A stretch of DNA of 64,000 bases from an uncultured Chloroflexia bacterium. GTDB taxonomy: Bacteria; Chloroflexota; Anaerolineae; Anaerolineales; Villigracilaceae. Below the pieces are notes generated by a model. That model did no database searches. It was given only the letters and a program-made list of their open reading frames with translations, and was not told where the DNA came from. A program made the position numbers and the translations under genes. The stretch covers positions 129,654-193,653 of the forward strand of contig CAWIOV010000003.1 in assembly GCA_963837875.1 (NCBI GenBank), written 5' to 3'. Shown here piece after piece: positions 1-8,079 of this stretch (the stretch's first letter is position 1; each line of letters opens with the position of its first letter).

Positions 1-951
1 CAAATCGGTAATAATGTTAGAGTTGAAGTCGTTGTAAAGTTGTGGAATTTTGCTGATGGCATTAGTTTGCAGAACGCGTGTGTACAGGGCACGCAACACC
101 TCCTGCGAACGGCGGCCACGGTCAAAATCGCTGGATTCCTCGCGGGAACGGACGTACCACAATGCCAGATCGCCATCCATGTGGACCAGGCCCGGACCAA
201 CTGTGTAGAGCGACCAGTTGTTTGCATTATTGGGGTCATCGTTGGGGTTAATCAAATGCCAGTCGGTGTAGGCGCAGGAGACCGGCACATCCAAACCACC
301 CAGGGTATCCACAATACCGCTAAAACCGTCGAAACCCACAATTGCCAAGTGATCTATGCGGATACCCAGGTTGTAGAGAATGGTATCTTTGAGCAGGGCC
401 ATACCGCCACCTGGATAATGATTCATCTCTCCATACTCATAGGCAGTGTTAACACGGTCCATGCCGACAGTGGGAATGTAGACGTATAGGTCACGCGGGA
501 TAGAGATGAGCGTCACCTGCCCGAGTGCCGGGCGAAGCGCGGCGACAACAATGGTGTCCGTCCGGAAATAGGTTTGGCCAGGACGCTTATCGGAGCCGAG
601 CAGCAGAAAGGTGTCCGTCTGGTTATCGGTCAGAACGGTGACGGGATTTGGAGCATACGGCGGAGCATAGAACGATTGCGGAGTCGAGGCAGCGGGCAGG
701 AGCACATTCGGGTCAAAAGTAGCAGTAGGACCATTCGGCAAAGGCGTATAGGTAGCTGCAGGAACAAAGGCGGGAGTCTCGCTTTTAGACAAAGGCTGGA
801 AGGGAGTCAGGGTGGATGTTGCATTCGCCGCTGCAGTGATCAAGAACAGAGTTGTGGGTTTAGCAGCAGGATGCGCGGCATTTGTGTTTCTGGGAGACGT
901 GCAGCCAGTCATAAAAATGATGAGCACAACTATCAGGAATGTTCGTTTCAT
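1..951 (-). CDS. LytR-CpsA-Psr (LCP) family envelope phosphotransferase; C-terminus lies beyond the window edge
   Basis: Own minus-strand translation, open from ATG (951-949) to base 1 (317 codons). Absent from the ORF track because it is truncated. Starts MKRTFLIVVLIIFMTGC (signal/lipobox-like), then LLLGSDKRPGQTYFRTDTIVVA, ISIPRDLYV and LKDTILYNLGIRIDH, which are LCP-domain motifs. Confidence 0.8.
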   Translation of the reverse strand, partial: MKRTFLIVVLIIFMTGCTSPRNTNAAHPAAKPTTLFLITAAANATSTLTPFQPLSKSETPAFVPAATYTPLPNGPTATFDPNVLLPAASTPQSFYAPPYAPNPVTVLTDNQTDTFLLLGSDKRPGQTYFRTDTIVVAALRPALGQVTLISIPRDLYVYIPTVGMDRVNTAYEYGEMNHYPGGGMALLKDTILYNLGIRIDHLAIVGFDGFSGIVDTLGGLDVPVSCAYTDWHLINPNDDPNNANNWSLYTVGPGLVHMDGDLALWYVRSREESSDFDRGRRSQEVLRALYTRVLQTNAISKIPQLYNDFNSNIITDL

Positions 952-1011
952 AGAAGTAACATGGGTCGCGGGAGATGGGACAGTCTGGATTGTCCCCGCA
1001 AACTCAATAGG

Positions 1012-1959
1012 TCATCCAGAGGTAGTGGGCACCGGTGTGTTAGTGGGAACTTCAACATAAGTGTCAGTTGCGGGAATAGTGGGTATGTCCGTTGCCGTGC
1101 TTGTCGAAATCCCTGTGGGAGTATTGGATGGCAAAGGGAATGATGGGGTATAGGTAGGCATACTGGTGGGCGTTGCCGCATTTGGAAAAGTTGGCGAAGG
1201 CGTGGAAACGGCCAAAGGCGGAACGTAGAGTTTCTGTCCGGTGTACAGGAGTGTGAAAGTGCCCAGGCAGTTGCCAGCTTGGAGTTCAGCAATAGTGATC
1301 CCGTAAACCGAGCTCAGATGGTAAAGCGAATCGCCTGGTTGAACGATGTAGGCGACCCACGTGTGCGGTGGATCGCAAGACACCGGGGTTTGCGTAAGTA
1401 ATGGAGAAATAGATCGCACCGTAGATGTTGGCATTTGAGGCGTTTGAGAGGTTTGTTGTGTTAGAGGCGTTTTGGTTTCGACGGTCGGATAAGTAAGCGT
1501 ATCCGTGAAATAAAATGTGGCAGTCGCCAACGGTAACGTAGTCGAAGTGGGGGCAAGGATCACGGGGTTATCAGAAAGAGTAGCAGAGTGTTCGCTATAA
1601 TACTTACCTGCCCAGAACGTCCCTAATCCTCCCAAAATTATAATCGCGCAACCCAACAATATTAGCAGGACGGTCCGCCTTTTGAAGGGTAGCTTTTTTA
1701 TTGGCAGTCGAATATCCATGGGCAGTGGTGCAATCACGTTTCGAGTAAAAACTGGACAAAGAATGTGTTGCCGCCCTTTAAGACAGAATGCCTGTTGATG
1801 TTCTAAATTTGGAGATGCAAGCGGCTTCGAGTGGTGGCAGACATTCTGCTCGGATGGAAAAAACAAAGTTGTCTGCGGATCCTGTGATATACCCAAGTAT
1901 GGGCAAACCTTCCCCTTGTTTAATTTAGCCATAACTGGAGAGGAATTATTGATGCTCAT
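1012..1959 (-). CDS. LysM domain protein with one TM helix and a Pro/Thr-rich tail
   Basis: Track ORF 1012..2007. Its 5' end overlaps the stop of the upstream gene, so the start was moved to ATG 1959 (MSINNSS; alternative ATG 1932). LysM module YIVQPGDSLYHLSSVYGITIAELQAGN, TM TVLLILLGCAIIILGG, N-terminal Cys motif CPYLG..NVCHH. Confidence 0.75.
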   Translation of the reverse strand: MSINNSSPVMAKLNKGKVCPYLGISQDPQTTLFFPSEQNVCHHSKPLASPNLEHQQAFCLKGRQHILCPVFTRNVIAPLPMDIRLPIKKLPFKRRTVLLILLGCAIIILGGLGTFWAGKYYSEHSATLSDNPVILAPTSTTLPLATATFYFTDTLTYPTVETKTPLTQQTSQTPQMPTSTVRSISPLLTQTPVSCDPPHTWVAYIVQPGDSLYHLSSVYGITIAELQAGNCLGTFTLLYTGQKLYVPPLAVSTPSPTFPNAATPTSMPTYTPSFPLPSNTPTGISTSTATDIPTIPATDTYVEVPTNTPVPTTSG

Positions 1960-1966
1960 AAATACA

Positions 1967-2824
1967 TTAAGGCGTGCTAGTCTTCGGTGTTTCAGTAGGG
2001 ACTTCAATAGGAGTATCAGACATCATTGGAGTAGGTGTCTCTATGGGTGTGTTTGTCGAGATTTCAGGGGGAGTATTGGTCGGCAGAGTAGGATATGGGG
2101 TATTGGTTGGCAGGGTAGGATACGGGGTATCGGATGGTAAAGTAGGATACGGAGTATAAACAGGTGCGCTGGTTGGCGTTGTTAAGCCAGGAACGGTTGG
2201 TGTTGGCGTGTGCATAGCCCAAGGCGGGACATAAAGCGCTTGTCCGGTATGCAGGAGCGTGGAGTCGCCCATGCAATTGGCAGCTTGGAGTTGAGCAACA
2301 GTGATTCCGTAGGCCTGGCTCAAGTGGTAAAGTGTATCACCGGGTTGGACAATATAGACAATCCAGAGGTATGGCGGACCGCATGGCACTGGCGTTTGTG
2401 TTGGCACGGGAGGAACATAAATAACCACGCCTGGGAGCAATCCTGGGGTTAAGAGGCAATTGGCATGTTGGAGCGCTGCAATGCTAACCTGATAGCGTGC
2501 CGCTATTCCATCGAGTGTATCGCCAGCCTGGACAATATAAGGCAACCAACCCACCGGCGGAGGACAATTGGTGGGCGGCGGGAGAAGAGAGGGGGTTTGG
2601 GTAATAGTCCAGGTGGGAGTCGGCGTGAGAGAACCTAGCGAGGGGGTAAGCGGCTGCCAGGTGGGAGACGAAGTCGGCATCAGGGTAGGAGTAGGAGTGG
2701 GAGAAGAAGTCGAAAGGGTGGTTATTTTCCCCTCGGCCAATGAGAGCAGGAATCCACCAAGGAGCAAGCCGATGGATGCCAGGGCAACAACAATCCCAAA
2801 GAACACCTGCCGCAGACTCTTCAT
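1967..2824 (-). CDS. membrane-anchored tandem LysM protein, Pro/Thr-rich
   Basis: 285 aa with an N-terminal TM (FFGIVVALASIGLLLGGFLL) and two LysM modules (YIVQAGDTLDGIAARYQVSIAALQHAN; YIVQPGDTLYHLSQAYGITVAQLQAAN). PT-rich linkers and tail. Confidence 0.85.
   Translation of the reverse strand: MKSLRQVFFGIVVALASIGLLLGGFLLSLAEGKITTLSTSSPTPTPTLMPTSSPTWQPLTPSLGSLTPTPTWTITQTPSLLPPPTNCPPPVGWLPYIVQAGDTLDGIAARYQVSIAALQHANCLLTPGLLPGVVIYVPPVPTQTPVPCGPPYLWIVYIVQPGDTLYHLSQAYGITVAQLQAANCMGDSTLLHTGQALYVPPWAMHTPTPTVPGLTTPTSAPVYTPYPTLPSDTPYPTLPTNTPYPTLPTNTPPEISTNTPIETPTPMMSDTPIEVPTETPKTSTP
2073..2153 (-). repeat. 3 x 27-nt in-frame tandem repeat inside the LysM gene, encoding (PYPTLPxxT)n
   Basis: Units 2073-2099, 2100-2126 and 2127-2153 (gtattggtYggcagRgtaggataYggg) read directly. 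They correspond to the protein repeat DTPYPTLPTNTPYPTLPTNTP. Confidence 0.85.
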
Positions 2825-2827
2825 TTC

Positions 2828-5161
2828 TTAGTTCTCTTCAGATGACTCCACCAAGACCGGCATCAGGACGCTAAAAGTGGAACCTACGCCTCCTTCTGTT
2901 TCAACCCAGATGCGACCATTCTGCGCTTCAACCAGCGCCCTGGCGATGGACAGCCCAACCCCGGTATCCCCTAATCCTTGGATAAGAGAGTGTTCCGCCC
3001 GGTAACGACGGGCAAAGACACGTGGGATATCTTCCGGTCCAATTCCGCCGCCGCTATCTGTCACCTGGATGGAAAGGAAATGATCGTCTTCTTCATCCCG
3101 TATCTGGACGCGCAGCGTGATGTTTCCCTCTGCGCGCGTGGCGGCAGTGGCATTCTGGAGCAAGTGTATCAGGATTTGTTGGAGAGCATCGCGATCGGTC
3201 TGGATGTGTGGGGCAGTTCCAGTAAGATCCAGTCGCAAGGTGATATTTTTCTCGCGAATCTGCGTGCTGGTATAGGCCATGGCATTATCAATGATAAGGT
3301 TCAAGTCGATTGGCTCTGGCTTGAATTTCATCTTGCCAGTCTCCAGGTTGGTAATCTGGATCAGGTCATCTACCAATCCGCCGATGCGTTCTGTTGAGGC
3401 TTTGATACGCTCAATGAACTTGCGCTGGAGTGCGCCAAGAATGCCAACGGACTCACCCATCAGCAGGTCAGTGTAACCGACGATGGATGACATGGGCTGG
3501 CGCAGTTCCTGGGATATGGAAGCGATTACTTGCACCTGTTCGATGCCAATTGATGCAGCCGGGCGTTTTTCCATCTCGAGGACTTTAATATTCGCGTCGG
3601 CTAGAGCATTTTGCATGTGAGCCATCTCTTCAAGGGTCTGGCGCAATTCGCGTTCCATCTGTTCATCGGCTGCGCCGGGCGCACCGCCGGCATTGCGCAA
3701 TTGTTCATTTTCGGCTTTCAGTTGCCCAATGGTTTTCTGGGCCTCTTCCTGCATCACTAGCAGGGCAGCCATGTTCTCAGCTTGTAATTGCGATTGGGAG
3801 TTTTTTTGGCGCTGGGCCTCCAGTTCAATCTCCATTTGTTCGTATTTCTTCTTTGACTCGGCAGCCAGCTCTGCTACATTTTGGGCTTCTTGAACAGACA
3901 GGGTGCGTTCAGCCTCCAAATCAGCAATATGCTGACTACGCTCAAGGATAGGAATGAAGAGGCTGGAGACATTGGATAGGAAAGTCTGGTCTTCAGCGCT
4001 CCACAGGCGATTGGAATAGGGCGAGAGAACAAGGATGCTACCCACAGTCCCACGCTCAGGTGATGTAAGAGGAACACTGAGCAGATTGCCGGGATTGCTC
4101 AAGCTGAGAATTTGTCCCAGGCCCTTGAGGTCCGAAGAGGTACTACTGGCCGGCAGGCGCAGTGGACGCCCGCGCTGGATGGCATTTGCAAGCAGGGGAA
4201 TGGTATCCCGATCTATGTCGGTGCCACCCAGGCTTTCCTCGCGAATTAAATCATAACCGCATTTAATAGCCAGGGCCTTATCCTGGCTCATGGTGATCAG
4301 AAAACATAAATCTGCCAACATGGCCTGGGCAACCCCGCGTGCCATGGCTTGACCAACTTTGCCGGGGTCAGTCTCAGCAGCCAGCGACATCATGGCATGG
4401 AAGGTCTTAGGATCCGTGCTATAGCGCCGACGTTCCTGAACAGGCTCATTGGGATTTTTCGATTTGACGACAGGCGCCTGGGCCTTAATGGGAACCGGGA
4501 AACGCTGCGAAAGAGTCAGCAGGATGGGGAACATGGCAAGTTGTGCCAACCGGACGAAACCGGGAAAATTGCCGTTAAGAGGGTAAACCAAGCTGGCGAA
4601 ATGACCCAAAAAACCCAGGATAAGCATGGCCAAGCCATTACTCCAGCCATTCGGTTTGCGTATAAGAAGGCCCAAGGTTCCAAGCAGAATGACCGCAATG
4701 CTGAAAACCTGCCAGGCAGTTTCATACACAGACTGGTTGAAGGAACTTGTCGGTTTCTGCGCCCAAAATGCCAGCGTCAGTCCAAATATGGTGATGCCCA
4801 ACAAGTTGAGCAGGAGCGTAGCGGCATCTGCCATGCGCGCAGGCTCCGGAAATGCCCATAGCCAGGCAATCCAGACCAGCGTTAGCAAGGTCACCATCCG
4901 GTCAAGCGGCGGAAATACCAATTGAGAATTGAGCAGTCCCTGCCATGTCAGCCCGCTAATGAAAAACATCACCAGTTGAAGCCCCAACATAATGCTGAGG
5001 CCAATGACCGTCCGGCGTGCTTGCGGAAAATTGCTGGAGCGAAGAGATTGGGCTGCCCCTTGCAGTGCGCCGGCAATCGAAAATACCAGCAAAGTATGGT
5101 AGATGAGATTGCCCGGTGGGGTGGTAAGGAGTGTAAAGATTTGACCCAGAAACAGACTCAT
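2828..5161 (-). CDS. multi-pass membrane sensor histidine-kinase-like protein (GAF-like, coiled coil, DHp, HATPase_c); H-box His replaced by Gln
   Basis: 777 aa with a long hydrophobic N-terminus of multiple TM helices and ATPase boxes LLQNA, DSGGGI and GLGDTGVGL. The DHp helix reads SISQELRQPMSSIVGY (codon CAG at 3509..3511). The stop lies 3 nt from the LysM gene start. Confidence 0.85.
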   Translation of the reverse strand: MSLFLGQIFTLLTTPPGNLIYHTLLVFSIAGALQGAAQSLRSSNFPQARRTVIGLSIMLGLQLVMFFISGLTWQGLLNSQLVFPPLDRMVTLLTLVWIAWLWAFPEPARMADAATLLLNLLGITIFGLTLAFWAQKPTSSFNQSVYETAWQVFSIAVILLGTLGLLIRKPNGWSNGLAMLILGFLGHFASLVYPLNGNFPGFVRLAQLAMFPILLTLSQRFPVPIKAQAPVVKSKNPNEPVQERRRYSTDPKTFHAMMSLAAETDPGKVGQAMARGVAQAMLADLCFLITMSQDKALAIKCGYDLIREESLGGTDIDRDTIPLLANAIQRGRPLRLPASSTSSDLKGLGQILSLSNPGNLLSVPLTSPERGTVGSILVLSPYSNRLWSAEDQTFLSNVSSLFIPILERSQHIADLEAERTLSVQEAQNVAELAAESKKKYEQMEIELEAQRQKNSQSQLQAENMAALLVMQEEAQKTIGQLKAENEQLRNAGGAPGAADEQMERELRQTLEEMAHMQNALADANIKVLEMEKRPAASIGIEQVQVIASISQELRQPMSSIVGYTDLLMGESVGILGALQRKFIERIKASTERIGGLVDDLIQITNLETGKMKFKPEPIDLNLIIDNAMAYTSTQIREKNITLRLDLTGTAPHIQTDRDALQQILIHLLQNATAATRAEGNITLRVQIRDEEDDHFLSIQVTDSGGGIGPEDIPRVFARRYRAEHSLIQGLGDTGVGLSIARALVEAQNGRIWVETEGGVGSTFSVLMPVLVESSEEN

Positions 5162-5196
5162 AGTGGACCGCCTGCGCTATTATAGTACTCTTGTGC

Positions 5197-5246
5197 CATC
5201 TCAATAAACAGGGTGCACCATCCTCCCCATTTTATTGAGAAGATAC
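5197..5246. repeat. short copy of the palindromic intergenic element family (arms CATCTCAATAA / TTATTGAGAAGATAC)
   Basis: Inverted arms read directly. The right arm TTGAGAAGATAC is shared with the copies at 23.3 kb and 29.65 kb, and the left arm CATCTCAATAA with the 23.2 kb copy. Confidence 0.6.
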
Positions 5247-5351
5247 TACTTACCATAAGTTTAACCGATTTTACACGCAGGGCATATAGCATTTTCACAA
5301 CAAAGAGGACCATCATTTTTGACCTGCGACTGATTTATAATCCACGTTGGA

Positions 5352-6758
5352 ATGAAACCAACCCGTCTGCAAATGCTTGCCTATAATATCCTAATTATAA
5401 TCATCCTGATGGGGTTGATCCTGTTACCACGGCCGGCCGCAGGCTACCTGGATGTGAATAAGGCGCGTCATTTCGATGCAGCCGGGGATCATGCCATTGC
5501 TGCTAGTGCTTATGCACTGGCGGCGGAGCGACTGCCATGGCAGCCAGCATTGTGGGACAAGGCAGGAACGGCTGCACAACTTAGTGGCAACCCGGCCGAT
5601 GCGATCCTATTCTTGAATCGGGCTGCTATCCGAAATGCCATTTCCCAATCAGGTTGGGTATCTTTAGGCCTAGCCTACCAGAATATTGGGAACATTTCCT
5701 TGGCAATAAAAGCCTGGGAACATGCCCTACCGTCAGCCAAAGCTTATCGTTACCTGGCACGAGACCAGCGTAAGCTGGGTGACTTTCCGGCCGCCACGGC
5801 CGACTGGAGAGCAATCATCCTCCAGGAGCCGGGAGATGCCTCGGCCCATTACCAACTCGGGCTCCTTATGATGACTAATGATCCCAAAGATGCCCTGCCG
5901 GTGCTAATGGAAGCTGCACAACTTAACCCATCGTTGGATGCCTCCGTTCAAAGCCTGCGCAGCTCTTTGAACACTGCTTTTCTTTCAGATGACCGCGCCT
6001 ACCAATTCATGATGTCTGGACGGGCACTGGGGGCGTTGGGGGATTGGAACCTGGCGGCCGAAGCTTTCCATCATGCCATAGCGGTGCGCGCGGATTATGG
6101 CGAGGCCTGGGCCTGGCTGAGCGAGGCAAAACAGCAGGAGGGGCAGGATGGTTCCATTGAGATGGAAAAAGCGCTGGCTTTAAATCCCAATTCAGCCATG
6201 TTTCAGGGTCTTTACGGTCTTTATCTCCAGCGCCAGAAACAGCTAAAGCAGGCTTTGGCAGCCTTCCAGAAAGCCGCAGATATGGAGCCAAAGGATCCAG
6301 GCTGGCAGATGGCTCTGGGAGGAACATACGAACAGAACGGTGATCTGGTGGCCGCTCTTGAGCACTACCAGAGCGCGACTGAACTTTCTCCCAACGATGC
6401 AGTCACCTGGCGGGCGCTGGCAGAATTCAGCTTGCGCAACGGAGTGGACCTGAGCGGCACAGGTCTCCCGGCTGTCCGCAGGCTGGTCGAACTGGCAAAT
6501 AACGATTGGCAGGCAGACGATATCGCGGGACAGATCTTGATGGATACTGGCGACCTGGTCGGTGCAGAAGGGTTGCTAAAGAAAGCCATTGAACTGAATC
6601 CGACCCAGGCTGCGCCATCCCTGCACCTGGGTTTGCTATATCTCCAGACCGGCAACCGGGCTGGGGCTTATTCCTATCTCAACCTGGCGAAAACCTTCGA
6701 TCCGGATGGCCCATATGGCTGGCAGGCGAGCCGCCTGTTGGAGCAGTATTTCCCATGA
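5352..6758 (+). CDS. TPR-repeat protein with N-terminal TM anchor
   Basis: 468 aa. N-terminal hydrophobic helix, then repeated A/L/Y/G-patterned 34-aa units (e.g. AWAWLSEAKQQEGQDGSIEMEKALALNPN). Confidence 0.8.
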   Translation: MKPTRLQMLAYNILIIIILMGLILLPRPAAGYLDVNKARHFDAAGDHAIAASAYALAAERLPWQPALWDKAGTAAQLSGNPADAILFLNRAAIRNAISQSGWVSLGLAYQNIGNISLAIKAWEHALPSAKAYRYLARDQRKLGDFPAATADWRAIILQEPGDASAHYQLGLLMMTNDPKDALPVLMEAAQLNPSLDASVQSLRSSLNTAFLSDDRAYQFMMSGRALGALGDWNLAAEAFHHAIAVRADYGEAWAWLSEAKQQEGQDGSIEMEKALALNPNSAMFQGLYGLYLQRQKQLKQALAAFQKAADMEPKDPGWQMALGGTYEQNGDLVAALEHYQSATELSPNDAVTWRALAEFSLRNGVDLSGTGLPAVRRLVELANNDWQADDIAGQILMDTGDLVGAEGLLKKAIELNPTQAAPSLHLGLLYLQTGNRAGAYSYLNLAKTFDPDGPYGWQASRLLEQYFP

Positions 6759-8065
6759 AAATTTATCTCGATACCATTGGTTGCCGCTTGAACCAGGCAG
6801 AGATCGAATCCTTGGCCCGCCAGTTCCGGAAAGGCGGACACGAAATTGTGTCCTCTGCAACAGAGGCAGATATGGCAGTCGTTAATACCTGTACGGTTAC
6901 CGCACAGGCAGCCTCGGATTCGCGCGCTGCCATTCGCCGGGCCAGGCGACTGGGTGCAGGCGAGGTAGTTGTCACTGGCTGCTGGGCCACTCTGGAACCG
7001 GATCAGGCTGCCGAACTTCCTGGCGTGCGCAAGATCGTCCCCAACCTGCAAAAAGATACTCTGGCTGCTGACCTGCTAGGTCTGCCAGAAGAATTCTTTG
7101 ACCTTGAGCCGTTGGCACGCGTACCTCTACCTGGCCTGCATGCCAGGACGCGGGCTTTTATAAAAGTCCAGGATGGCTGCGATAATGCCTGCACTTTCTG
7201 CATCACTACTGTGGCGCGCGGTGCCAGTCGTTCGCGGCCAATTGATGATATTCTCATGGATGTCAGTTCGGCACTGGATGGTGGGACAAAGGAAATTGTG
7301 CTGACGGGCGTCCACCTCGGTTCGTGGGGGCTTGACTTTCCCATTCCGCAGCGCCTTGCAGACCTGGTAGCGACCCTGCTCGCCCGGACTTCCGTTCCAC
7401 GCCTACGCCTGTCCTCGCTCGAACCCTGGGACCTGGATGCGGACTTCTTTTCGCTCTGGCAGGATAGGCGGTTGTGCCACCATCTGCATCTGCCTCTGCA
7501 ATCCGGAAGTGCGACTGTACTAAAACGTATGGCACGCAAGACCACACCCAACTCTTTTGCCGCACTGGTAGAGTCCGCCCGATCAGCCATACCGGGAGTT
7601 GCCATCACAACGGATCTTATTGCCGGATTCCCCGGCGAGACGGAAGTTGCGTTCTCTGAGACGCTGGAGTTTGTTAAATCCATGAATTTTGCCGGAGGGC
7701 ACGTTTTTACCTATTCGGCTCGCCCCGGCACCCCGGCAGCGCGGATGAATTGGCAAGTCCGGCATGAACTCCGTAAGGAGCGCAACGCAGCGCTGCGGGC
7801 TGTGTTGGAAGCATCAGCCTATGCATATCAAGCGCGCTTCATCGGTCACAGGGTATCGGTCCTATGGGAAGCTGCAAGCACATTGTCCGATGCTGGTTGG
7901 ACAATGGAGGGTCTGACCGATAATTACATACGCGTCACGGCGGTTGTGCCGGAGAGGAGGTGGAACCAGATGGATGAGGTGGAACTTGTTTCAATTGATA
8001 AAGATGGGATAAGAGGAAAAGTAACAATTCCTCCTAAATCCGAACCGATTAGCATACAAACATAG
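6755..8065 (+). CDS. mtaB: radical-SAM methylthiotransferase, MtaB-like (tRNA t6A37 methylthiotransferase family)
   Basis: 436 aa. N-terminal MTTase motif MKIYLDTIGCRLNQAE and radical-SAM CDNACTFC. Lacks the MiaB-type N-terminus. ATGA overlap with the TPR gene. Confidence 0.8.
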   Translation: MKIYLDTIGCRLNQAEIESLARQFRKGGHEIVSSATEADMAVVNTCTVTAQAASDSRAAIRRARRLGAGEVVVTGCWATLEPDQAAELPGVRKIVPNLQKDTLAADLLGLPEEFFDLEPLARVPLPGLHARTRAFIKVQDGCDNACTFCITTVARGASRSRPIDDILMDVSSALDGGTKEIVLTGVHLGSWGLDFPIPQRLADLVATLLARTSVPRLRLSSLEPWDLDADFFSLWQDRRLCHHLHLPLQSGSATVLKRMARKTTPNSFAALVESARSAIPGVAITTDLIAGFPGETEVAFSETLEFVKSMNFAGGHVFTYSARPGTPAARMNWQVRHELRKERNAALRAVLEASAYAYQARFIGHRVSVLWEAASTLSDAGWTMEGLTDNYIRVTAVVPERRWNQMDEVELVSIDKDGIRGKVTIPPKSEPISIQT

Positions 8066-8079
8066 GATACAATCGAAAA

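Noticed and set aside
40-489. 149-aa plus-strand ORF at the left edge
   Set aside because: It is antisense to the LCP-family gene, whose motifs are unambiguous on the minus strand.
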